From assembly GCF_009914755.1 (NCBI RefSeq), contig NC_060947.1: DNA of 64,000 nucleotides; one strand, 5' to 3'. The notes below the pieces were generated by a model that searched no databases, was not told the origin of the DNA, and was given only the letters and a program-made list of their open reading frames with translations. The position numbers and the translations under genes are program-made. Every line of letters begins with the position of its first letter. The first letter of the stretch is position 1. Of the stretch, positions 1 to 13,282 are shown in pieces. This stretch comes from the human T2T-CHM13v2.0 reference genome, Homo sapiens.

Positions 1-3000
1 TGGGCCCTTGTGATTGTGGGAGTTAATACTTAACAAACTCCTGGAGTTTCATGGCTTGTGAGAGGCGAGGAGTTTAGTGACTCTATACATAATACCTTTG
101 ACCATATGTGGAGAACCAAGGAACATAATCTTTCTCCCATCCTTCCCCAAAGAAACATGTGGCCTTTTACCAGGGTAACTGCACTGGGGAAAGGGAAATG
201 ATCAGACATTTTGGGAACTACTGGACACTGGCTCTGAGCTGATGATTCCAGGCAAGCAAAAATGTCATTACAGTCCTCCAGTTAAAGTAGGTGCTTATGG
301 AGGTCAGGTAATTAATGGAGTTTTAGCTCAGGTCTGATTTACAGTGTCTGGTGTCCAGTGGGTCCCCGGACTCATCTTGTGGTCATTTCCCCAGTGCCAG
401 AATGCATAATTGGCATAGACATACTTAGCAGCTGGCAGAATCCCCACAATGGCTCCCTGACTGATAGGGTGAGGGTTATTATGGTGGGAAAGACCAAATG
501 GAAGCCATTAGAGCTGCCTCTACCTAGAAACACAATAAATCAAAAACAGTATCACATCCCTGGAGGGATTGTGATTAGTGCCACCATCACAGGCTTGACA
601 GATGCAGCGGTGGTGATTCCCACTACATCCTCCTTCAACTCTCCAATTTGGCCTGAACAGAAAACAGATGGATTTTGGAGAATTACAGTGGATTATCGTA
701 AGCTTCACGATGACTCCAATTGCAGCTGCTATAACAGATGTGGTTTCATGGCTTGAGCAAATTAACACATCTCCTGGTACCTGGTATGCAGACATTGACT
801 TAGTAAATGCCTTTTTCTCCATTCCTGTCCATAAGGCCCACCAGAAGCAATTTGCCTTCAGCTGGCAAGGCCAGTAATATACCTTTATTGTCCTACCTTA
901 GGAGTATATCAACTCTCTGTCTTTGTGACATTATCTTATTGGGAGAGACCTTGATCGTTTTTCGCTTCTGCAAGATATCACACTGGTCCATTACATTGAT
1001 GACATTATGCTGATTGGATCCAGTGTGTAAGAAGTAGCAAATACACTGGACTTATTGGTGAGACAATTGCATGCCAGAGGATGGGAAATAAATCTGACTA
1101 AAATTCAGGGACCTTCTACTTCAGTAAAATTTCCAGGGTTCCAGTGGTGTGAGGCCGTCAAAATATTCCTTCTGAGGTGAAGGATAAGTTGCTGCATTTG
1201 GCCCCTCCTACAACCAAGAAATTAGCACAATGCCTAGTGGGCCTATTTGGATTTTAGATGCAACACATTCCTCATTTGAGCATGTTACTCTGGCCCATTT
1301 ATCGAGTGACCGAAAAGGCTGCCAGTTTTGAGTTGGGTCCAGAACAGGAGAAGGCTCTTCAACAGGTCCAGGCTGCTGTGCAAGCTACTCTGCCACTTGG
1401 GCTATATGGCCCAGCAGATCCAACAGTGCTTGAGTTGTCAGTGGCAGATAGGGATGCTGTTTGGAGCCTTTGGCAGGCTCCCACAGGTGAATCACAGCAG
1501 AGGTCTCTAGGATTTTGGAGCAAGGCCCTGCCATCTTCTGCAGATAACTACTCTCCTTTTGAGAGACAGCTCTTGGCCTATTACTGGGCTTTGGTGGAAA
1601 CTGAACGATTGACTATGGGTCATAAAGTCACCATGTGACCTGAACTATCTATCATGAACTGGGCACTCTGTGACCCATCTAGCCATAAAGTTGGTTGTGC
1701 ACATCAGTATTCGATCATCAAATGAAGTGGTATATACGTGATCATGCTCGAGCAGGTCCTGAAGGCACAAGTTACATGACAAAGTAGCTCAAATGCCCAT
1801 GGTCTCCACTCCTGCCACCTTGCCTTCTCTCCCCCAGCCTGCACTGATGGCCTCATGGGGGGTTCACTATGATCAATTGACAGAGGAAGAGATTACTAGG
1901 GCCTGGTTCACAGATGGTTCTACACGAAATGCAGGCACCACCCAAAAGTGGACAGCTGCAGCACTACAGCCCCTTTCTAGGACATCCTGGAAGGACAGCG
2001 GTGTAAAGAAATCTTCCCATGGGGCAGAACTTTGAGCACCACACCTGGTTGTGCACTTTGCATGGAGGAAGAAATGGCCAGATGTGCAATTATATACTGA
2101 TTCATGGGCTGTAGCCAATGGTTTGGCTGGATGGTTAGGGATTTGGAAGAAGCATGATTGGAAAATTGGTGACAAAGAAATTTGGGGAAGAGGTATGTGG
2201 ATGGACCTCTCTGAGTGGTCATAAACTGTGAAGATATTTGTATCCCATGTGAGTGGTGACCAATGGGTGACTTCAGCAGAGGAGGATTTTAATAATCAAG
2301 TGGATAGGACGACCTGTTCTGTGGACATCACTCAGCCTCTTTCCCCAGCCACCCCTGTCATCGCCCAATGGGCCCATGAACAAAGTGGCTGTGGTGGCAA
2401 GGATGGAGGTTATGCATGGGCTCAGTGACATGGACCTCCACTCACCACGGTCGACCTGGCTATGGCCACTGCTGAGTGCCCAATTTTGCCAGCAGCAGAG
2501 ACCAACACTCAGCATTCAAACTGGCACCATTTCTTGGGGTGATCAGCCAGCTACCTGGTGGCAGGTTGATTATACTGGACTTCATTTATTAGGAATGGGC
2601 AGAGGTTTTTCCTCACTGGAATAGATACTGACTCCGAATACAGGTTTACCTATCCTGCACACAATGCTTCTGTCAATACAATACATGGACTCATGGAATC
2701 CCTTATCCACCATCACGGTAATCCACACAGCACTGCCTCTAACCAATGCACTCACTTTACGGCTAAAGACGTGAGGCAGTGGGCTCATGCTCATGGAATT
2801 CCCATGTTCCCTATCATCCCGAAGCAGCTGGATTGATAGAACAGTGGAATAGCCTTTTGAAATCACAATTACATGTCAACTAGGTGACAATACTTTGCAG
2901 AGCTGGGGCATAGTTCTCCAGAAGGCCATGTATGCTTTCAATCAGCATCCAATATATGGTACTCTTTCTTGCATAGGCAGGATTCATGTGTCTAGAAATC

Positions 3001-3698
3001 AAGTGGTGGAAGTGGAAGTGGCACTACTCACTATCACCCCTAGTGATCCACTAGCAAAATTTTTGCTTCCTGTTCCCACAACATTATGTTCTGCTTGCCC
3101 AGAGGTCTTTGTTCCAGATGGAGGAACATTGCCACCAGGAGACACAACGATTCCATTAAACTGGAAGTTAAGATTGCCACCTGGACAGTTTGGGCTCCTC
3201 CTACCTTTAAGTCAACAAGCTAAGAATGGAGTTATAGTGTTCCCTGGGGTGACTGACCCAGACTATCAAGATGAAATCAATTTATTACTCCACAACGGAG
3301 GTAAGAAAGAATATGCATGTAATACAGGAGTAGAAGGTGGTCATCAATACCAGCTACAACCATGTGACCAGTTGCAGAAACAAGAACTATAATTATCATG
3401 AGTATTTCCTCCTTCTTTTCTTAAAAACATATTTGTGCATGTATACACTCGTACTAAGAAAATATCTTCCATTTCCTTTTTCCTTTATCATGTGACATAA
3501 GATTTATTGACTTCATATCAGCATTTAAGTATTGTTAACTTTATGTAATAGCATTTGGTTTGGGTATTGGTGCGTTTCTGTTGTACAAAGGATAGTTGTA
3601 TCATGTCAGGCATAATTATGACCTTATTATTGTCTTGATTTGAAGATTATGTATGGTCTCAGGAGATGTGTATGGTTTCAACTTGACAAGGGTGGACT
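1..3698 (+). mobile_element. HERV-L internal region, decayed pro-pol-dUTPase, gag largely deleted
   Basis: Protease LLDTGSE at 218-238; RT HYIDDIM at 989-1009; RNase H WFTDGS; integrase WWQVDY; dUTPase after the integrase (WKLRLPPGQFGLLLP...DPDYQDEI); no env; many stops and frameshifts. Confidence 0.93.
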
Positions 3699-4081
3699 TG
3701 TGATGGTTAATACTGAGTGTCAACTTGATTGGATTGAAGGATGCAAAGGACTGATCCTGGGTGTGTCTGTGAGGGTGCTGCCATAGGAGATTAAGATTTG
3801 AGTCAGTAGGCTTGGGAAGGCAGACCCACCCTTAATCTGGATGGGCACCATCTAATCAGCTGCCAGTGAATATAAAGCAGGCAGAAAAACGTGAAAAGAC
3901 TAGACTGGCCTAGCCTCCAAGCCTCGATCTTTCTCCTGTGCTGGACCTTTCATGCCCTCAAACATCGGACTCCAACTTCTTCATTTTTGGGATTCAGACT
4001 GGCTTTCCTTGCTCCTCAGCTTGCTGATGGCCTATTGTGAGACCTTGTGATTGTGTGAATTAATACTTAATAAACTCCCCT

Positions 4082-4118
<37 letters not shown>

Positions 4119-4257
4119 TATATATGTACTTTTATTATACTTACACTTTTATATACTCCCATATGTGTGTATATATATATATATAATCCCCTTTATATAT
4201 ATATATAATCCCCTTTATATATATATAATTCTCTTTATATATATATATAATCCCCTT

Positions 4258-4302
<45 letters not shown>

Positions 4303-4336
4303 AGTTCTGTCCGTCTAGAGAACCCTGACTAAAATA
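3699..4336 (+). mobile_element. MLT2A-type 3' LTR of HERV-L
   Basis: Starts TGTGATGGTTAATACTGAGTGTCAAC after a purine tract; AATAAA at ~4069; ends ...CTAGAGAACCCTGACTAA. Confidence 0.9.
4081..4299. repeat. Compound (TA)n/(CA)n repeat with repeated AATCCCCTTTA(TA)n units inside the LTR
   Basis: Directly visible. Confidence 0.9.
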
Positions 4337-4464
4337 TTCCTGATCATTGAGGTATCTTCTTTGGAGAACTGTCAAGTTATTTACCCATTTTAAAACTGAT
4401 CTGCACATATAACCCTTGAAACTAAAATAAAAATTGAAATTATTTTTTAAAAATAAAATGAGTT

Positions 4465-4785
4465 GGCCGGGCGCGGTGGCTCATGCCTGTAATCCCAGCA
4501 CTTTGGGAGGCCGAGACGGGTGGATCATGAGGTCAGGAGATCGAGACCATCCTGGCTAACACGGTGAAACCCCATCTCTACTAAAAAAAATACAAAAAAT
4601 TAGCCAGGCGTGGTGGCGGGTGCCTGTGGTCCCAGCTACTCGGGAGGCTGAGGCAGGAGAATGGCGTGAACCCGGAGGTGGAGCTTGCAGTGAGCCGAGA
4701 TTGCGCCGCTGCACTCCTGCCTGGGCGACAGAGCGAGACTCCGTCTCAAAAAAATAAATAAATAAATAAAAATAAATAAAAAAAA
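4465..4785 (+). mobile_element. AluY
   Basis: Full dimer with the AluY-type GAGATCGAGACCATCCTGGCTAACACGG; CpG-rich; A-rich tail. Confidence 0.92.
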
Positions 4786-6275
4786 GTTTTTTGTTTAGCT
4801 GTAGGTTTTAAATATTCTGTATAATAACTGTTTATCTAACATATTACTTATATTTTCTGCTATTCTGTAGGCTGCCTTTTCACTCTGTTAAATGTATCCT
4901 TTGACATATGAAAATTTTAAATTATGATGTAGTCCAATTTATGTATGTTTACTTTTTTACAGTGTCATATCCAAGAAATTCCCAAACCAATGTTATAAAA
5001 ATATTCCTCTGTGGATTTTTTTTTCTAAGTTTTATAATCCTAGCTCTTAAGTTTAGATCTTGGATCTATTTTAAGTTAATTTTTATATATGGTGTGAGGT
5101 AAAGGTTCTACATCATTATTTTGGATATGGACATCCAGTTATCCCAACACCACTTGTTGAAGACTGTGCATTCTCCATTAGAATGCTTTTAGCATGGTTG
5201 TTGAAGATTTCTGACCAAATATGCAAGTGTTTGTTGTTGGGCTCTTTATCCTATTCCATTGGTCTACATATCTGTCCTTATGCTAGTACCACATTGTTTT
5301 GATTACTGTAGCTTTGCAGTAAATTCTGAAATCAGGAAGTGTGAAGCTACAACTTTGTTCTTTTTCAAGATTGTTTTTGGTATGTGGGATCTCTTGATAT
5401 TCCATATAAATTTTAGAAAATGACTTTTTATTTCTGCAAAAAAAAGATCATTGGGATTTTGATATAAATTGCATTAAATCTATAGATTGATTTGGATAGT
5501 ATTTACGTTTTAACAATATTAACTCTTCCAATTCATGAATACAGGATGCTTTTCCCTTTATTCATGTCTACTTTCTTTCAGTGACATTTTTTAGTTTTCA
5601 CTTTAGAAGTCTTTCACTTTTTTGGTTATGTTTATTCCTAAGTATTTTATGTTTTTGGTGCTATTATAAATGAAATTGCTTTTTTAGTTTCCTTTCAGAT
5701 TGTTCATTGTTAGCGTATCAAAACATAATTGGTTTTTGCGTGATGTGGTGATTCTGTATCCTGCAACTTTGCTGAATTCATTTATTATTTATAATAGGGT
5801 TTTACATGTGGAATATTTACGGTTTTCTATATGTAAGATCATACCTACAAACAGAGATAATTTTACTTCTTCCTGTTCAATTTCAATGTCTTTTATTTGA
5901 TTTTCTTGCCTACTTGCACTAGCCAGAGGAAATGTTTCTTATTTTTTTTTTTAAGAAATTTGGGAAGGATTGATGTTAATTATTCCTTAAATATTTGATA
6001 GAATTCATCTGTGAAGCCATCTGGTCCTTGGGTTTTCTTTGTTGGCAGGTTTTTGATTACTAATTCTATATCTTTACTTGTTAAAAGTCTATTCAGATTT
6101 TTTATTTCTTCTTGAGTCAGTTTTGGCAGTTTGTGTCTTTCTAAAAGTTTTTCCATTTCATCTAGGTTATCAAATTTAGGGGCACACAATTCTTCATATT
6201 ATTTTCTTATAATTCAATTTATTTAAAGTTGGTAGTTACATCTCCACTTTCACTTCTGATATTAGTAATTTACGT

Positions 6276-6482
6276 CTTCCTTTTTTCCTCCCTCCTTCCC
6301 TTCCTTTGTTCCTTCCTTCTTTCCTTTCTTCCCTCCCTCCCTTCCTAATATAAGTAATTTGTGCCTGTACTCTTTTTTATGTTCCTTTCTCCTCCCTTCC
6401 CTCCCTTCTCCTCTCCTCCTCTTCCTCCCCTCCCTTCCCTTCTCTCCTCTTTTCCCTTCTCTTCCCTCCTTCTCTCCTTTTC
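6276..6482. repeat. CT-rich low-complexity tract
   Basis: (CCTT/CCCT/CTCT)-like runs. Confidence 0.85.
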
Positions 6483-8074
6483 AGTCTAGCTAAATAAAGG
6501 TTTGACAATTTTGTTAACCCTCAGTTTTGGTTTTGTTGGGTCTCTGTATTATTTTCTATTCCTCATTTTGTTTACTTCTGTTCTAATCTTTATTATTTCC
6601 TTCTGATTACTTTGGTTTTAGATTGCTATTTATTTTATGGTTTTTTAAGATGAAAAGTCAGACTATTTTGAAATTTTTATCCTTTTTAAATGAAGGTACT
6701 TACAGCCATAAATTTTTTTCTGAGCACTGCTTTATTGCATCCCCTAATTTCTGTTAAGTTTTTTCTTGTTTTCATTCATCTCAAAATATTTTCTAATTTC
6801 CCTTATGCTGTCTTATTTGATTCATTTGTTAAGCATGTGTTTAATTTCCACATATTTATGAAACTGTAGATTTCTTTGTGTTATTGATTTGTGGTTTCAT
6901 TCCATCACAATCAGAGAAGATATTTTGTGTCTTTTAAATTTGAGTCTTGTATTATGGCCTAATATATGGTCTATACTGGAAAATGTTCTGCGTACACTTA
7001 GGAAGAAAGTACATTTTACTCTTTTTGGGTGATCTATATATGTGTGTTACATGTAGCTGGTTTGGTGTTGTTCAAATCCTCCATTTCCTTATTGACCTTC
7101 TGTTTAGTTATTGTATCCATTATTGCAAGTGGGGTATTGAAGTCTCCAACTATTACTGTGTAACTGTTATTGTGTATTTTTTTCTTTACTTCTCTCAGTT
7201 TTTGCTTCTTATAATTTGGGGCTCTCTTATTACACACATATATTTTATAACTGTCACATATTCTTGATAAATTGACTCTTTTGTAAATATATGTCCTTCT
7301 TCGTCTCTTGTAACATTTTTTTACTTAAAGAGTCTTTGTTGTATGATATTAATATAACCACCCTTGCTCTGTTTTGATTACTATTTACTAGTGATATCTT
7401 TTTCTAGCTTTACATTTTCAACCTATTTATGTTTCTGGTTCTAAAGTTAGACTTTTGTAAACAGTATAAAGGTAAATCACAATTTTTTATCCATTCTGCC
7501 AATTTCAACCTTTTAATTGAATAGTTTAATCCATTTATGTTTCAAGTAATTACTTATTATGAATAACTTCTGTCATTTTACTCTTTATTTTCTTCATATC
7601 TCATATCTCTTACATTCCTCAATTTCTACATTGTTGCCTTTCTCTGTAGTTAACTTTATTTTTCTTGTGCACCATTTTGGCTTCATTAAGGAGACAGTAT
7701 TTTTCCTAATGTTCGGAGGCTGGAAAGTTTCCCTATTGTTCTTTTACTACTTTGGAACCTACCCTAATTTAGAGTAGTTACACATTACAAATGCCTGATA
7801 TAATCACAAATTATTTCATGAACCTTTAAAAATATTGCATGAAACACTCGCATTTAAGGTAACACAGTCTGAAAATGATTTATTTAACTATTGTGCTTTT
7901 TTCTCAGAGTTGTATTTCAGAGTCTCACTGGAATGAAATAACAGCACTAAATAAATAAAATAATCACTGGTACTAAAATAGTAGTTTCATAGAATTGAAT
8001 TAGATGAGGCCTCAGAGTCCAAGTGGGTTCTTGTTTTCTAATTATATCACCAATGCAGGTAGTGGTTTCCTACT

Positions 8075-8365
8075 CTTTTTAAAATTTGAGACAGGGTCTT
8101 ACTCTGTCACTCAGGCTGGAGTGTAGTGGCACCATCACAGGTCACCGCAGCCTCAAACTCCTGGGTTTAAGTAATCCTCCTGCCTCTGCCTCCTGAGTAG
8201 CTGGGAACACAGGTGTGCTCCACCATGCCCAGATAATTAAAAAATTCTGTGTATTGACAGGGTCTCACTTTGTTGCCTAGGTCTCAAACTCCTAGCTTCA
8301 AGTGATTCTCCCACCTCAGCCTCCAAAATTGTTGGGAATACAGGTGTGAGCCACAGCACCCAGTT
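8075..8365 (-). mobile_element. AluJ
   Basis: Diverged dimer with the AluJ-type GAGACAGGGTCT; ~210 nt downstream of the exon 3 donor. Confidence 0.85.
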
Positions 8366-8577
8366 GGCTTCTTAGTATTAAAGATATCCAGAGCTGGTGA
8401 TTTCACAAACTCCTTCAATAGCCTATCCTACCCTCAATTCACCTTTATCACTAGGAGTTCTTTAAGATTACCCTGACTCTTTCGTATTATTTACTCCTCT
8501 TTTTGTCCTCTTCTTGCTTTATTGTCACTTCTACTTTTTTCTGTTCTTATCCTTTAAGAAGTAACCAATATTCTTAC

Positions 8578-8672
8578 CTTCTGGTTTGGCTGCTGTGGGA
8601 GTGTAAAGATAGACTTCCAGTAGGTCCAGGTAAAGAACACAAAGATGGCATGGTAGAGTATGAGGTAAATAA
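8578..8672 (-). CDS. ZDHHC15: ZDHHC15 exon 3 (VIYLILYHAIFVFFTWTYWKSIFTLPQQPNQK; TM2)
   Basis: tttcag|TTATTTAC...CAGAAG|gtaaga; 95 nt, phase 1-0; matches the known protein. The gene continues beyond base 1. Confidence 0.96.
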
Positions 8673-9184
8673 CTGAAATAAAAAAAAAATCAGTGTTTAT
8701 ACTATCTTTTTATCCATTTCTAAGAATTCAAAAATACAAAGCTCCATGACGAATTTTTATTGTTTTCTTATTAACATGTATTCTCTGGTATTATTATGAA
8801 GTGTTAATTTTATTTTCCCATACAGTGACAGAAACAAGCCATAATGACAAACCTGAAACAAAGACATTCTGCAAGTTGCACACCTTAAAAGTTGCCATGT
8901 CATTCTTGAAGGGGGAAATGTCCTTTATGACAATGTAGGGAAAACTACTTCAGCCAATTGTCATTATCTTTGCTACTTTGAGTACTGAAAGGTGATAATG
9001 ACACAATTTACACAGCACTTTAGAGTTTACAACATGCTTTCACATATATTATTTCATTTTATTTTCTCAATAAATTTGTAAGATAGGTAATAAGATAGGG
9101 ATAGTCGATTAACTACCAGAGGTAGTTGATTAACCAAAGTCACACAGGTAGTCTATAATGTAGCCAGGTGTTAAAGACTAAACA

Positions 9185-9562
9185 GTTTTTTTCTTTTAAA
9201 AAAGTTTGTATAAATTCATGGAGTACAAGGAAAATTTCGTTACATGCATAGGTTGCACAGTGGTGTAGTCAGGGCTTTCAAGAGTATCTATCACTTGAAT
9301 AATGTACATTGTACCTACTGAGTAGTTTCTTATCATCCACCCCTCTCCTACCCCCTCACCCATACCAGTCTCTATTATCTATCATTCCACAGTCTGTTTC
9401 CATATGTACACATTATTTAGCTTCCACTTATGAGTGAGAACATGAGGTATTTGTCTTTCTGTGTCTGAGTTGTTTCACTTAAGATAATGGCCTCCAGTTC
9501 CATCCATCTTGCTGCAAAAGACATGATTTCATTCTTTCTTATGGCTGAATAGTATTCCATTG
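9185..9562 (-). mobile_element. L1MA/PB 3' end fragment
   Basis: L1 3' UTR/ORF2-end motifs (GAGTGAGAACATG, GGCTGAATAGTATTCCAT). Confidence 0.8.
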
Positions 9563-11309
9563 AAGATTATATACTTTTGAAGTGTGGGTTGTACTTCTGA
9601 GACAGTTATAAAAGTGGCTCTCTACTACCTTTCTTTTCATACCCTTTGCCTTTTAGATAGCTCTTCTCATATGCGATATTTTGGTATTCTCCACAGAGGT
9701 GGTTATAAGACTGCAAGACTGTGAGTCCTTAAATGGTATGGTCTTATTACTTCAATCCGTCAGAAAGACTCAAGGGAATAATGACTCAAGACCAACTTAA
9801 TAGGACTGAGCCTCTCATACATTTATAATTGAATTGAAAAAAAAAGAGACTCTACTCTCCTGGCTCAGTTCTCCCAGCCCTACAGGACAAGACCATTTAT
9901 ATGTGCTTGATTTTTGTAACTATGAAATCTCATTTTAAAATTCAAGCAATATAAAGTAAAAGGTAAATGTCCACCCCACACATACATCTAACTTCTCACC
10001 TCCCCATTCTAAGGCACAACACCTCTTTGGTGTTTGGTATGTATCATTCCAGATCCTCTTATTTGTATATGTTTATACAAACATATGTACACCACAAACA
10101 TGAAAGATTTGTAATATTTTAACATTTTTAATTGTATCTCTTTTTAAAAGTAATATATTTATAAGTTTTAAAATCTGAAAGTATGGAATAGTATACAGTG
10201 AAAAGTCTTCCTTCTATACCTGTCCCCCAGCCACCCAGTTCTCCTCGCTGGAAGCAACCAACATCACAAAGCCATGACTTTGTTGTGTATCCTTTATGAT
10301 TTTATACATATAAAATCACCCAAATAGTGTGTTTTTCCACAAATGGCAGTATTCGATACACACTGTTTTGTACCTTACTTCTTTTTCACTTACTATAAGT
10401 TACCATAATTTATTTAACCAGGCTGTCTCTGAGGAAAATTTGTTCTTCCCCCTTCTCTTGCTAATACAAATAATGCTTCAATGAATAATTTTTATATATG
10501 TCATCAGCACATGCACAAAAAATATCTATAGGATCAATTCTCTGAAGTGGAACTGCAAGGTCAAAAAGCATGTCTTTTTGTAGATACTGCCAAACTGCCA
10601 TTAAGAATATTTGTATTTAATTTATATTCTCATCATCAATAAGTGAGAGCGCCTCTTCCATTGCCCTCTAGAATTCAAGATTTTTTCAAGAGTTGTGTCC
10701 AGTGTTTAGCTGGCTACCCCCTGGGAGTGTCTCTAGGCTAGCCTTTGTGAAGTGTTATCATACTTTTTTCTCTTAGGCAATGCCTTTAAATTTTTTTTTA
10801 ATGTGTTATCTTTTGCAATTTTTTTGTTTCTTTGATTTTATGAGGTTTGTACGGGGAAAATTACATGACTAAGTTATGTTAACCCATGTTCCTTCAGTAT
10901 GGGAGTGTGAAATCTTTGATTTTTAAAGAGATCAGGAGAAAACAATTTCATGTTTACCCTCTCATTATACACTTCAAGGGTAATGTGGTTAACCAATTTG
11001 GATCACCTGAGTGACTGAGCACTAAACTCCTACACTTGGCAGTATCTTAAGCACATTAACTGTATTTTTAATTCCAATGATTGAGATGGGAAGTGTGGGA
11101 CTTTAACTTGTTCCAGGTACTACTACGCATCAACTGGTTCAATCACGGAATTGGAAACAGCTGGCTCCCATTCCTACATTACAAGGTTTCATAGAAATTA
11201 TGGGTACTGTTAAATAAATCGGTAGAAAATGAAGGATTTTGAGGTTAAATGACTAAGTCGAGGTTATTCTATAAACCGGTAAAATAGGAACTATACCAAT
11301 ATTTTAGAG

Positions 11310-11470
11310 TAAGGTGAGACCATAGAGATCATTTGGTTCAACACTCTCATTTTACAGAGAAGTAACTGAGGCCCAGAGGGGCAAGTGATTTGATCAGAAT
11401 TACCCAGCAAAGTTATGGAAGCAATGGAACCAGAATCCAAGTTTCTTCAGTCCCAGTCCAGAGTGCTTTT
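11310..11470. mobile_element. MIR fragment
   Basis: MIR core CATTTTACAGA..AACTGAGGCCCAGAG. Similar cores near 9010-9170, 33130-33370, 34540-34770, 39290-39480 and 49000-50190. Confidence 0.65.
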
Positions 11471-11790
11471 CCTCAGAGCAGTGATTCTCAAATTTCAGTC
11501 TGCATCAAAGCCACCCATAAAGGTTATTAAGATGCTGCAGATCAGGGGGAGGTTTGTCAGCCAGACGGTCACATCTCTCTTTGAGCCTAACACTTAGCAA
11601 TAAAATGTTAATTCTAATATTTGAGTTCATTGCTTCACTTTACTTTCTCTGCTTTACAAACTCTAACAAAAAGCTAGACCTTGTTTTTCAGCTATTTGAA
11701 GGAATGAAGATAATGGTGTAAGACGCCCATAAGGTGTGCCCAAGATCTCATTCTTCATGACAGTACAAGAATTGCTCAAGAGTTGTTTCC

Positions 11791-11983
11791 CAATAGATGA
11801 TGGAGACTACTGTGTTGGGGGGTGGGGAACAAGGGTTGAAAAACTACCTATTGGGTACTATGCTTACTATTTGGGTGATGGGCTCAATTGTACCCCAAAT
11901 CTCACCATCATGCAATATACCCAGCTAACAAACCTGCACATGTACCCCCTGAATCTACAAAAAAAGTTGAAATTATTTTTTAA
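11791..11983 (+). mobile_element. Short 5'-truncated L1 3' end with 13-bp TSD
   Basis: TSD AAGAGTTGTTTCC at 11778-11790 and 11984-11996; L1 3' UTR AACCTGCACATGTACCCC. Confidence 0.85.
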
Positions 11984-12645
11984 AAGAGTTGTTTCCATGA
12001 TTTAGCCACCCTCTAGAATTCAAGATTTTCTCAAGAGTTGCATCCAATGTTTAGCTGGCTACCCACTGGGAGTATCTCTAATACTGGGATCAAATTCTGG
12101 TGCTAATACATGATATTACATTTTGAAATGGCTTAGTTTTCCTCATTGATATCCACTTCAAAAGTTAGGGTTGTCTTCCAGGTATCCTAATTTCTTCTAA
12201 TTATCCATTAGGCATCTACTACTCATCAATTTACATAAACCTTCTATGAAGCTGGTTAGATTATCAGTCTATACCAATTCTTTGGGAGTAGTGAGTCTCA
12301 TAAGTTTGCCAGCCACTATGCAAAGCAGGGCTTCATATTAGTTGTCTTAAACAGCATTGTTAAGTTTCAAAGAGCTTTCTAGTACTCATGTATTGGAATT
12401 TGGTGAATGACATCAAGCTACCAAAATATATAAACTTCTTATGTTTATAAGCTTTATTGATAGTCCCTTTCAGATTTTGTTTGTTCCATGCTGACGAGGT
12501 CTCTCCTTTTTGGTCTGTTTTGGGCGTTGAAGTGTCGTGCAAAATCCAATGGATTTGGAATCAGATGACTAGGTTTTGAACTCTGGATTTGCCCTTAATA
12601 ACTATATGTCCTCGAGAAGCTGGTTAACCTTGCCGATAATCATAA

Positions 12646-12790
12646 GTGTATATATATGATCACATGTATGTATATGTGTGTGTATGTGTATATATATATA
12701 TATGTATATATATACACACACATACATATATACATATATACACATATGTGTATATATATGTGTATGTGTATATATATATATATATATATG
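12646..12790. repeat. (TA)n/(TG)n/(CA)n compound microsatellite
   Basis: Directly visible. Confidence 0.9.
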
Positions 12791-13001
12791 ATTAAAATAC
12801 CTGCTTGTCAAAGTTGTTGTGGTAATTAATTGGCTTAAATGTGTGAAAGTATCTGACATACTCTTAGGACTTAATAAACCTGTTTTCTTCCTCTCACTCC
12901 CTCTTAAATCTTAGTGATTTGTTTTCTGAGACATGGTGATAAAAATTACACAGATTTCAGGGGCAGATGAACCACGGGTTTGTTAAAAAAGAGAAAAAAT
13001 G

Positions 13002-13282
13002 GGCCAGGCGTGGTGGTTCACACATGTAATCCCAGCCCTTTGGGAGGCTGACATGGGAGGATTGGCCTAGGCAGAAAAGTAAGACCCTATCACTACAAAA
13101 AAAATTATCTGGGCATGGTGGCAGATGCTTGTAATTTCAGTTACTTGGGAGGCAGAAGTGGGAAGATCACTTGAGCCCAGAAATTTGGGGCTGCAGTGAG
13201 CTATGATGTCACCACTGCATTTCAGCCTGGGTGATATAGTGAGAACTTGTCTCTAAAAAAATAAAAACTAAATTAAAAAAAG
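13002..13282 (+). mobile_element. AluJ with a short deletion in the left arm
   Basis: Diverged dimer; the left-arm B-box region is missing. Confidence 0.8.

Larger units (their letters stand above)
4340..7740 (-). mobile_element. Old L1M ORF2 fragments
   Basis: Minus-strand ORFs with L1 ORF2 motifs (LPKLTQEEI..GPDGFTDEFYQ; IVGDFNTPL). Confidence 0.8.

Noticed and set aside
358-3392. HERV-L ORFs as a domesticated gene (RT, integrase, 165-aa dUTPase ORF)
   Set aside because: Fragmented by many stops and frameshifts; the pattern fits neutral decay.
9102-9135. Small hairpin/direct repeat (ATTAACTACC-AGA-GGTAGTTGAT)
   Set aside because: Too short and inside a MIR-like relic; probably a local template-switch scar.
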